Origin: Octopus bimaculoides | Taxonomy: Eukaryota | Assembly: GCF_001194135.2 (NCBI RefSeq) | Contig: NC_068986.1 | Span: forward strand, 114,890,645 to 114,954,644 | Length of the DNA: 64,000 nt | Direction: 5' to 3' | Shown here: positions 51,605 through 62,352 of the stretch, in pieces | Position numbering within the stretch: the first letter of the stretch is position 1 | Layout of the letters: each line of letters begins with the position of its first letter | Notes under the pieces: generated by a model | What the model saw: the letters and a program-made list of their open reading frames with translations, nothing else | Told to the model about the DNA's origin: nothing | Databases searched by the model: none | Position numbers and translations under genes: made by a program

Positions 51605-54600
51605 AAAATAGTAGTATATATATGTGTGTGTGTGTATATATGTGTGTGTGTGTGTGTGCGTGTGCGTGTATGATAGGGAAATGAATGAGTGTTTGGTTCT
51701 GTCCCCACCCTCTTCCTCCTGCATATCAACAATCTATTTGCCATCATACTTAACAACGTCCACTACTATGCAGATGGTACTGACCCCTAATTCTTTTAAC
51801 TTCTCAACCAAACTTCATCTACATGCAGCTTAGATACCTCTCACCAAATCATCACCGATTTTATGATGGTCAGATACCTTGCAAATAGCCATTAATAGAA
51901 TAATCTTGTATCCTTTCATGGCAGCTCCACCGCCAAACATTAGTACTGCTCATATGAAGACATCAGCTCACCTCATCTCCTTAATAAACCTAAGCAATAT
52001 GTACCCAGAACCCCTGCTCTCCCGCCCTCCGTTCGCTCCAAATGCTTAGTCTCACGGTCATTGAAAATACCTAATAATTAAAACTGCATCTGAAGGGCTG
52101 ACGCCAACGGTTACTGCTCCACTAAAAGGTTTAGGCCTGACCTACAGCGGACTGCTTTCATATATGGATGTTTGTGTGTCTATAGCTGTTGACACACACA
52201 CGCACACACACACATACACACACATACACCCGCCCCACACCCTCACAAACACGAACACACACATTTCCTTAAAAGTATTGCAATAAAAACCACGTGACGG
52301 ATTAGATTAAAGTGACAGACATACTTTAACCTTTGACCCAGTGATGTGATATCTCTTTTCTCTACCTTTTCTACCGCTATTCATTCAATAATGGTCCTCT
52401 GTGGTTCGGACGGAGCTGGCTGGTCTCATACGTCTTCCACACAAGGAATCCCGACTTATTTGTCTCTCAAGCTCTCTTAAACATTGTAGTATCCAAACCT
52501 GCATACCCCAAACTAACGCCTACGCGGTCCTGATTCCGCAAGATGTTGACCATCTGGAATCCCCTCTCTCTTCCTGTCAACCTAGTAGCCATCGACTTGT
52601 AACAGAACGTTAACGGAATCAATCTCAGTAGTTTTGGAAAGATTGTGAGGGAGGGCCATAAGCATTGCCTCTTCCACCAGACCTAGCTAAAAAAAAAAGA
52701 AAGGAAAAAAAAGCGAATCTAGGATCACATTATCTAGTGTGTGTGTTTGTCTGTCTTTTAGGGCAGTAGGGTGTGAGTTAAGAAAATGGCTGCTATTTCA
52801 AGCAGTTCGGCTCTTTGGTTGTCTGGTTGTATAAGTATACAGAATAAAGAGTAGAAATATTTACCTCCGTGTGGATGTTGTAGATAGAGTGGGTCAACAG
52901 TCAAGGCCTCTGACAACAGCTGGCTGTCTTTCACCCTAAAACAGAACAAACAGTCAGAAACAGTCAAGGGTTACAGAGTTTCTGATGTATAATAAAAAAT
53001 AGGAATAGTTGTTTGTTTTCATTGTTGTTGCTTAACCCCAGGTCAACTCTGATCGGGCAGAACTGCAATGAAAGGCATTTCAACCGTAACTACGCCGCTA
53101 GGATTACATTATATAATAAAAGTTCAGCTGATTTTAGTGCTGATATAACCATAAATTCAGGAATGGAATTAATTCTCAGGTTACATGGTGCTACAGTTGT
53201 TTTAACTCGATTCAGCAGACTTATATGCAAAGACATTCCAACCATAATCATCTTAACCTTATATTTTAGGCATAATTTTAGGCACCCCAGTCTACATAAG
53301 GTAATATGTATTATTTTGTGAGAGGGAAGGTGTAGTTTCTTAATGGTCGAGCGACTTCATAGAGGAGAGATTTGCTCGATATCTCCAGATCTGTTCTATA
53401 TAACGTCCGATAGAAGCAGATACTATTATTATTATTTAGGGTCAGCCTTAATTCTATTCTTATTTCATCTCAGATTCACATTGCTTGGCAGTTCACGTGT
53501 TTCGCTGTTGACCAATCAGAAACAGGTAGGTAAGTGCCTGAAACTACCCTTTTAGACATATTCCTCCGCATTCTCCGACACACAACAAAAACACAATGTC
53601 CCAAGTTCCCCAGGGGGTTCACGTCATAGCAGCGCTGCAACAGTTTAGACAAAAAGGGCCAACGACGCCTGGAGAAACTTACCCCTTTCCGTTTGTCTGT
53701 CCTTGTTTGTCCCCTCTGTGTGTAGCCCCTTGTGGGCAGTAAAGAAATAAGAAACTTACTCCCCAAACAGGATGGCCTTCACACAACAACGCAATATTTG
53801 CTAGAGTACTAACGCACACTTTTATGTATGTAGATGGCATGAGCCTTCATTTCTTCCCCACCTTCCACAACTATGCCTCATCCACATACAAGCGAGACAC
53901 AACAAATCTGCACTGATTTCATGAACGGAGACCATGAAAATATCTTTCACTGGAGCCATGCCAAATTTGTCTCTTTTTTCAATAGAGAGAAAAAAAAAAG
54001 ACAACAAAAACAACGCGACCTTATATCAAGCAAACATGATCACACTTTATCAATCCTTAAACATGAGCAACACTTACAGCCGTCACCGAGGCTCTTTTCT
54101 GGTGAAAGTTTATCTTTAGAATAACTGGGACCAGGGCCAGGAAATACGTCATCTCACTGCAACTCTCAATTAAGCTCAGTTGAAATCACAATGAAGCATT
54201 GATATCATCCCAGAACAGTACTGTTGCTGATATTACTGCGGCTGCTGCACACATACAACCTAGACTTCATCCACTCAACTGATTGACATAAAATCCCTCA
54301 CAGACTTGTTCCTGCTTCTGGTCCACAGACACACTGTCTCCTCTTTCTATCTGCCGTTACTACAATAGCTTCTGTTCCCCCTTCACTTATGTACTCCCTA
54401 TCCACTTTTCTCCCCTCCTCTTATCATATTGTCCCAAACTAACTACGGTCAATCCTTCTTCCCTAGAGCATCATTCCTCCGGAATATTCTCCCTGCTCCA
54501 TTGTTCCTGCAGGAGTAGATTTGTATAGGTTAAGTGGAACATTAACGGCATCGAGTTCACCAGGGTCGGGGTGAGCGGGGGGGGGGGTTACTGCGAAAGC

Positions 54601-57600
54601 CATAAACACCATCATCGTCTCCACAAGACCTAACGAGTTCAAAACAAGCCAGCAAAAATTTTCTTTTCTACTCTAGGCACAAGGCCCGAAATTTTGGGGA
54701 AGGGGGGCCAGTCGATTAAATCGATCCCCAGTACGCAACTGGTACTTAATTTATCGACCCCAAAAGGATCATTGGCAAAATCTACCTCGGCAGAATTTGA
54801 ACTCAGAACGTAACGGCAGACGAAATACCGCTAAGCATTTCACCCGGCGTCCTAATGTTTCTGCCAGCTCGCTGCCTTAACCAGCAAAAATATTGCCTAC
54901 TATCTTTATTTTAAAGTGATAGGATGTGACTTGAGAGAGATTTGGCTAATTTTTCTCGTAGGTTTTCAGTGTAGTTGTCGCAAGTCAACCTAGATCGAAC
55001 GGATATATTATCAGAAGCGCTTCAACCATGGCCATCCTGTTTACCTCCTTTCAGTGTATCTGAGACTACACCATTCGTGTTTTTTTTTTAAGACAGCGAG
55101 GGATGAGATGGGGGAAAGATAGAAGCTATTTCTAGTAGGTCGAGCGACCATGCAGAGGCTCCCTTGTTTGTTCATTGGATTTATTCAAATATGGCAACAC
55201 CTCCATTTCCACGTTTATCCAATCGGTCACTAATAGACGTTTAACATTTAACTCATTTTAATACGTCTTTTGCGCTCTACTCTTTCTTTGACTCGGTGCC
55301 TGATCTAATAATATAATTTTATCGACCAGCTCTGCAAAATGAAGAATCAAGCCAATGTATCTGTGTAACCGGATATTGAAAAATTGTTCTTACCACAAGA
55401 GGGAGCAGTCAAAGTTGACCAACATCCATTTGTTCGGGTTAAAATTGATAGAGTGAGCAAACTGTAATAAAAGCGAAATGTTTATATTAGTTTCAAATGG
55501 TCGTTGCACGTTAAAGTCATGAATATTTTGGAAGCTAGACAGCAATATAGAATTAATGACACCTTCAGGATTCTTTCTGGAAGTTTGTTAAGGTTACAAA
55601 TGTTATATCTGTTAAACGGAGATTTACATCTGGGTGAGACTTTACTAATTATTACATCTGCTCATGTTTCAAACGTTATTCATATTAAAGACCTGTCTTC
55701 TCTACATCTTTTTGTAGAATGACTTATCTGGCTTAGTTTCAACATCGCCCCAGGTTTACTAGAATTTACACCAGAGTTATGTTCCAGTTACCTCATACTG
55801 CATAACTCCATCGGAGGACGCCCACGTCTCTTTATAGTGATTTCTTATATCTAAACTCTACGAACGAGTGGGTAGTGCATATAACTGTCCAGTATAACGA
55901 GGCATTGTTCATTGTTTTATATATGGAATACTGAGAAGAAACGGCTCCAGAAAAAGGATGGCTATACAAGCTGGAAAATAGTTTCTTCAGTATTATCTCA
56001 ATGGCGTAATGAGGTAGAAGACATGGGAATTATCGAAAGGTTAGAGATCTGACTTGAGGAATGGTTCGTTTAACCAGACAAGATTTCCTGAAAAACATGA
56101 CTTTGTTAGATGATCACATTAACTTAATGATCCGTTTAACGAAACAAGACCCCTTCGAACACGTGACCTGGTCGCCGTAAGCATATCTCCCATATTTAGG
56201 GAATAAATTTAACCAATGAAATTTTTCAACAAATATTTAAGATTGTTGATAGGTTACTTAATTCAAGCCACCTGGCAACCTTAAGAGGTGAATCTAATCT
56301 TTAGTTGTGCAGTGACAACTCTAGACATGTTTCGGTATTATTACACCTCATATTTATGCATAATCTAACCGCTACTGCCAGGCAAGGTTTGCAGTCAACA
56401 ACGAAGTCATTATATGGTTACTAGACATACTGGAAATAGCAGCCACATTCTCTCAAACTACGCATAATCGTTTTTAGATTGAAAGGACACATTGGACATA
56501 TCGAATAATGTCGTTCTAGACACATTACACCTGAATAAAAGACAAAACGTGATGGTTTATGACTGGAATGCCTTTGATTCTAGTTATGCTCGACTATGTG
56601 TGACTTGGGGCTAAATAATAACTAGAACAAAAGAGGACACATTAGATAATGTAGCCCCAGATACACTATATTTGAATAATGGACAGGTAAGTTACAGTAA
56701 CTTTGATTAGGGATCTAATAGATCAGAATCGAGTTGGAGCTAAACTACTATAACAAAGGTTTGTTTTATAAATTTGCCTGGAACCAAAACTGTAAAAGGC
56801 GACATCAAATATGTCAGCAGCATCAAAATATAATTGAAAGAACTTGAAAATGCAAATGAAAAACAGCACCGAAATTTGATACGTGACAGTTGTTTTGGAC
56901 GACGTCGTTTATATATATATGTAAACAACACGAAGCATTCTCTACATGTAAACATAAATTCTATTGCACCTTTAGATTCTTCCATAGGTCCAGATGCAAG
57001 CAAAATCAACATACAAAACACTTGCCCGTATGCATCCACGGTCGTTACAATATACGTACGTTCTTTTTTCCCCCTCTCTATGAACATAAGTATCTTAAAA
57101 GCTAGCTAGCTGCAATAACTTTTTTTTAAATTTTAAATTTTTTAATTAAAAAAATGTTGAATCTATAAACTTTGTAATTCTTAACTTTTAATTAAATTTC
57201 TAATTCTTTAATTTGCATCCTTTATCCATTTAATTGTATTTTTTAAATTCTATATATACCCACTTAAGCTAGGCTTCTATTTTTAGCTGTCCCTACTGAC
57301 CACTGAACTAACTATTCTTTTTGACCACACATAACCTATTTTAATCATTTTATCAAAACCTTAACACATGACCTCTCACTCCGAACCGATCCTTACGAAG
57401 AATAAAACTGGTATCTTATCTTTATCGTTATTTTTATTTTTGATGTTGATTTTCGATTTCATTTTATTTTACTTTCGCTCTCATCCATTCTTTCTCATTC
57501 CTTTCTTTTCTCTTTCTCCTCACTCGCTCACAACCCATGTCTGTCTATCAAAATATCTGTCTTTCTCACTCTGTATACGCACGTGGACTTTTTCAAACAA

Positions 57601-58093
57601 GCTAACCACTCAATTTATTCCTTCAACATGAATGCATCCTGGATTTACCTGGGATTATACCTAAGGGCCAATACCTTCACAGAAGTACGGACCAACCTCC
57701 AAAACCCTCTGCAATGAACTTTATTCTCCTGTATGAACTTTATTCTCCTGTATGTATTCTATCTATTGTTATGCTTCTATTTACTATTTTATTCTTTATA
57801 AACTGTGAATTTCCTTGTCTAAAACTTTCATACATACTCACCTTGTCTCTGATGATGTAATACCCAGTGTACGGACATGCTAGCCTATCACTTGGAATAT
57901 CACAGAAACAGCTGTAGGTCTTCAAATTAAATATTCTAAATGATTTGAGATACTCGTGCTGCCTTGGTTTTTGTTGTCCTTTTCCCTCTAATATTATATA
58001 TATATATATATCATATTATATATATATAAAATATATATATAATATGATATATATGATATATATAATAATATAATATATATAAGTATACATAAT

Positions 58094-58124
<31 letters not shown>

Positions 58125-58452
58125 TTGTATGTATACATATATATGTGTGTGTGCATGTGTATGCATATGTGTGTGTGAGGTGCATGGCCTAGTGGTTAGG
58201 GAGTTGCATTTACGATCGCGAGATCGTGTTTTCAATTCCTAGACCGGGTGGTGCGTTGTTTTCTTGAGCAAAATAATTCATTTCACATTGCTGCGATCAC
58301 TTCGACACCTAATACGTGACACACCGCGCACATTTGATCTCTAGAAACAAATCATTTGTGCAGGTCGCTCGGCAAGATCTGAACGCTCATACGTCGTCTT
58401 CGACAGGAGAGTCTATTATATATATGTATGTATATATGCGTGTATGTATGTA

Positions 58453-58485
<33 letters not shown>

Positions 58486-60235
58486 TCTTTACATCCTAGA
58501 ACTCATAATGGCTGGTTGTCCGGTCTCCATGATATATAAGCGACTGAAATCACAACATTCCATCTAAACAGGAGGGCGGTCCGTTGTAAGTCGGCATTTT
58601 TTGAGAGGAGGGACTAATCGATTATATCGATCCCAGTATTTGATTGGTATTCGTTTTATTGACTCCAAAGGGATGAATGGCAAAGTTGGCCTCGGTGGGA
58701 TTTGTACCCAGAACTAAAGAGCAGGAAGAAACGCTACTAAGGATTTTGTGCCACACGCTAACGATTCTGCCAGCTCGCAGCTTAAAACAACTAAGTACAT
58801 TGTCTCAGTCTGCCTCGTCTTAGCCAAGAAAGAATACTCCAACAGACAAGACAGATTAAAAAAATTACACACACCGAAAGTATTTATAGATCTGTCTTAC
58901 CTCAATGCCAGAAAGTAAATGCTGGAACTCAGGACATATCATGGCATTACCTGCATATGCACCATCCACATGAAGCCATAGTCGTTCTCTGTTGCATACT
59001 TCTGCAATTTCATTAAGTGCATCAAAGGAGCACACTGCTGTTGTACCGAGAGTGGCACATACCTACAGGAAACAAAGAAACATTGGTGAGAAGGGGAGGG
59101 AAAAGAAGAGGGGAGAAAGAGACGAGTGAGAAAGCGAAGAGAGGAGGGTTGAGGTGAGGGGAGGAGGAAAAGAGAAGCGAGTAGAAGAGAGGGAAGGGTG
59201 AGGTAGTTTAACGAAAGATCTTCTTGATGGTCCCAAATCATTTTTATATCAGAGACTGGTCCTATTTTTTAGGCTTGGTCCTATTTTTAGAGACTTCGTA
59301 ACTTTTGGGAGGAAGTTTATCCTCAAAACCGATATTTGGTCAGAATATTTGCAACAGAGCAAACTCGAACACATTATTTCTTATATTATTCTGCTACTGC
59401 ATCATTACGTTGGAACAGCTGTCACAAATCCCTATTTTCATAGCAAGAGAAAAATGACTGGTCTTGAACCTACCATCCTGCTGAAGGAATTATTGTAGCT
59501 GCTGCTCAAATGAATTGTCGATTCTAAGAAGAAAAAATAGCACAGAAAAAATGTGTTTACATTTTAGCTCAGCACACAGTAAAGCTTTGTAATGCTTAAA
59601 CTTATTTCAGCTTTTCAGATTTGCACTGTATATGTCTGTCTGTCTGTCTGTATGAATGCAAGTATATATGTATAATTTTTATTTTATTTTTACTTTAATA
59701 TTTTTCATTTACTTTCCCTTTATTTTCCCATCTATATAATAAAATTGTTTTTTTTTCTTCAGTGTTTAAACTTAATTTGTTGTCCCTTTTGATTTTCTGT
59801 CTGTGCCCTCAACTTCCCCCACTTTTTAAAAATCTTTTGATCATGTTTTACCTCCTCGTAACATTGTACCTGTTACATAGCCTCCATAGGGTTTTCACTT
59901 GAGTTATCATTTTGCATTTTATTATTATTATTATCCTTACTTATTTTTAAAACTCTTTATGCAGTTTTTTGCAGCCAGATTTTTCCGGTAGTTTCAGCAC
60001 AGATCTCGCTCACTAAACTTCACTCACATGACTTAGGTTGACTCGAAGCAGTGATAGAAGAAATTTGTCCAAAGTGACGCGTATTGGAATCGATCCCAGA
60101 ACCCTGCAGTCGCAAAGCAATTTTTTAACTACTCGGTTATGCCCTCCCATGCGTGTCGTGTGATAAAATAGCAGAAGCATTCCAAAGAAAAGATTTACTC
60201 ACGAAGAATGGTATTAAACCTAGTTTTCGGTCTTC
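46045..60235 (-). CDS. TDC: Tyrosine decarboxylase (group II PLP-dependent decarboxylase), 3' 359 aa: exons 60235-60203, 59062-58901, 55461-55394, 52935-52865, 50180-50161, 49273-49175, 48830-48729, 46569-46045; the 5' exons were not found in the window
   Basis: Spliced motifs: [19 protein letters not shown]...[10 protein letters not shown]...[13 protein letters not shown] (PLP lysine)...[20 protein letters not shown]...LVCFRLK...[19 protein letters not shown] and the C-terminal RMVSDPK box are the tyrosine-decarboxylase variants; DDC/HDC have NPHKW/NPSKW and HWQIP. Confidence 0.9.
47109..47156 (-). ncRNA. Minimal type-I hammerhead motif, sense to the TDC pre-mRNA
   Basis: gcct-CTGATGA-c-gggatat...atatccc-t-GAAA-CAGCTG-TA-aggc. 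Stem I gcct/aggc is a compensatory variant of gtct/agac. Confidence 0.7.
47514..47561 (+). ncRNA. Minimal type-I hammerhead ribozyme motif (Penelope-associated)
   Basis: gtct-CTGATGA-t-gggatat/ctttt/atatccc-t-GAAA-CAGCTG-TA-agac: stem I gtct/agac, palindromic stem III, GUA triplet. Confidence 0.7.
48729..48830 (-). CDS. TDC: TDC exon
   Basis: [34 protein letters not shown]. Confidence 0.97.
48900..49150. repeat. Degenerate (GAT/GGT)n tract in a TDC intron
   Basis: Direct reading. Confidence 0.9.
49175..49273 (-). CDS. TDC: TDC exon
   Basis: [33 protein letters not shown]. Confidence 0.97.
49456..49530 (+). repeat. Degenerate 21-bp tandem repeat x~3.5
   Basis: tttaggaactctcgcagagct-like units. 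Confidence 0.8.
50161..50180 (-). CDS. TDC: TDC 20-nt micro-exon
   Basis: aatag|AT AAA GCC ATT GAT TTC AGG|GTAAGT encodes (D)KAIDFR. It supplies the conserved 'IDYR' before HWGIP and restores the phase from 1 to 0. Confidence 0.9.
51158..51600 (+). mobile_element. Possible Helitron/Helentron-like non-autonomous element with an internal ~195-bp tandem duplication
   Basis: The start ctagact..ccgtga.ccgttgg.tcac is shared with 61555-61600. Two internal diverged units and a (TAG)n tail. Confidence 0.4.
52865..52935 (-). CDS. TDC: TDC exon
   Basis: (W)[23 protein letters not shown], phases 2 and 1. Confidence 0.95.
54657..54878 (-). mobile_element. SINE family D
   Basis: Family match. Confidence 0.82.
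55394..55461 (-). CDS. TDC: TDC exon with the PLP-binding Lys
   Basis: [22 protein letters not shown](W). Confidence 0.97.
57845..57920 (+). ncRNA. Hammerhead motif with a long stem II (same GAAACAGCTGTA family)
   Basis: gtct-CTGATGA...GAAA-CAGCTG-TA; imperfect long stem II and weak stem I. Confidence 0.45.
58901..59062 (-). CDS. TDC: TDC exon
   Basis: [54 protein letters not shown]. Confidence 0.97.
60203..60235 (-). CDS. TDC: TDC 33-nt exon
   Basis: cttgcag|[11 protein letters not shown]|GTGAGT. Confidence 0.9.
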
Positions 60236-60291
60236 CTGCAAGAATGACACAGAGACATTTGGTTAGTATATATACGTATTTGTGTGTGTGA

Positions 60292-60322
<31 letters not shown>

Positions 60323-60540
60323 GTATACATAAATATGCATACATATAAAAGAAACAAGCACAAGAACAGATACACACACATAGACAAAACGCACATATAC
60401 ACACATAAATACACATAAACACACATACATCAGATACACAGTTATGGTGTATATATAAATGATAACTGTCTTCTAAACATGATAACAATTGATACAATAT
60501 GACGCATACAATGAATTATATAATCACAAAACCCTCATGA

Positions 60541-60835
60541 AGGCGCATGGCTCAGTGGCTGGATCGTGAGGTCGTGAGTTCGATTCCCGGACCGGGCTGT
60601 GTGTTGTGTTCTTGAGCAAGACACTTTATTTCACGTTGCTCCAGTTCACTCAGCTGTAGTAATGAGTTGCGACGTCACTGGTGCCAAGCTGTATTGGCCC
60701 CTTTTTGCCTTTCCCTTGGATTACATCAGTGGTGTGGAGAGGGGAGGCTGTTATGCATGGGCGACTGCTGGTCTTCCATAAACAAACCTTGCCCGAATTT
60801 GTGCCTCGGAGGGTAACTTTCTAGGTGCAATCCCC
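60541..60835 (+). mobile_element. SINE family F (tRNA head + ttgtgttcttgagcaagacact domain)
   Basis: B-box gagttcgattcc; partial copies at 3140-3315 (-), 26900-27040 (-), 49668-49800 (+) and 58178-58300 (+). Confidence 0.78.
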
Positions 60836-61660
60836 GAAGGGGGTCTCCTCTCCTCAAACCCTCATACATGGGGCTGGTCATTTCGCATAAATTATGCAGG
60901 TACTGATTCTTAAACAGAAACTTGCACCAATCTATCTTACGTATATCTTGGCACAATGTACATAACTGCTTCTAATGAACACCTTACCATAGAAACAGCT
61001 GTAAAGAACTATCAGTACTTTCCAGTCTCTTGCGAGGATTTTGATGCTGATCCCTTGGATCTTACTTATTGATCTTGGTTGAAACAACTTTATCATATGT
61101 ATTTCCAGTATTTGTTTCCGTCTGTGAGGAATTACACTGAATTTTTATACTCTGGATTCTTTGGATTTTCTGCTAAATTATATAATTTTGTACCATCTTC
61201 GTACAAATATACTATAAATGATTCAATGCCTTGCAACGTCCTGTCAGCGTTTGATTCTTTTATTTTATTCTACTTTCATCTCTTATTCTATTATAATTAT
61301 GTTATATATCAATATGTATTATAAGTATAAAAATGATGTGAGAGAGTAGACCGGGACGAGATTATTTTTAATATGAGAGGATATTAAACAGTTGTAAAAG
61401 AGTCTGAAAGTGAGAAAATTAAACTTGGATTGACGTCGACCTAATGGGAGCAATCTCCCAACTAAATTTAAATCAAAAATTAAATGTAGAAATATAGGGG
61501 AGAAAGATAAATCAACAGCTAGACGTGTACACACACACACACACACACACATGCTAGACTGCCCGTGACCCGTTGGGTCACTGATAGTTAAGGTTGACGC
61601 TCGGGAAAATGAAAAAGTCTTTTACGTTTCGAGCCTACGCTCTTCAACTAAAAGGAATAA

Positions 61661-61697
<37 letters not shown>

Positions 61698-62138
61698 NNN
61701 NNNNNNNNNNNNNNNNNNNNNNNNNNNNNNNNNNNNNNNNNNNNNNNNNNNNNNNNNNNNNNNNNNNNNNNNNNNNNNNNNNNNNNNNNNNNNNNNNNNN
61801 NNNNNNNNNNNNNNNNNNNNNNNNNNNNNNNNNNNNNNNNNNNNNNNNNNNNNNNNNNNNNNNNNNNNNNNNNNNNNNNNNNNNNNNNNNNNNNNNNNNN
61901 NNNNNNNNNNNNNNNNNNNNNNNNNNNNNNNNNNNNNNNNNNNNNNNNNNNNNNNNNNNNNNNNNNNNNNNNNNNNNNNNNNNNNNNNNNNNNNNNNNNN
62001 NNNNNNNNNNNNNNNNNNNNNNNNNNNNNNNNNNNNNNNNNNNNNNNNNNNNNNNNNNNNNNNNNNNNNNNNNNNNNNNNNNNNNNNNNNNNNNNNNNNN
62101 NNNNNNNNNNNNNNNNNNNNNNNNNNNNNNNNNNNNNN

Positions 62139-62352
62139 ATAAGCATATGTTTGTGAGTCTGTGTTCATCCTCCCACCATCACATGTCAACCGATGTTGCT
62201 GTGTTTACGTCCCCGTAACTTAGCGGTTCGGCAAAGAAGACCGATAGAATAAAGCTTACAAAGAATAAATCCTGGGGTCGATTTGTTCGACTAAAGGCGG
62301 TGCTCCAGCATGACCGCAGTCAAACGACTGAAGCAAATAAAAGAATAAAAGA
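62139..62352 (+). mobile_element. SINE family A, 3' half
   Basis: Family match after the gap. Confidence 0.8.

Larger units (their letters stand above)
4686..62138. other. Assembly gaps: 4686-4731, 10850-11073, 14329-14894, 29254-29460, 38435-39070, 51120-51129, 61698-62138
   Basis: N runs, mostly abutting microsatellites. Confidence 1.

Noticed and set aside
2215-60835. tRNA-like sequences with A/B boxes
   Set aside because: All are heads of multi-copy repeats without a complete cloverleaf acceptor stem. No bona fide tRNA gene was called.
60726-60956. ORF containing GLRRGDPL, resembling an RT motif
   Set aside because: Single short motif, the rest overlaps a SINE, and there is no supporting flanking RT sequence.
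282-62189. Long ORF-track entries made of X runs or YI/HT/CV/poly-Y, poly-I, poly-L tracts
   Set aside because: Artefacts of N gaps and microsatellites.
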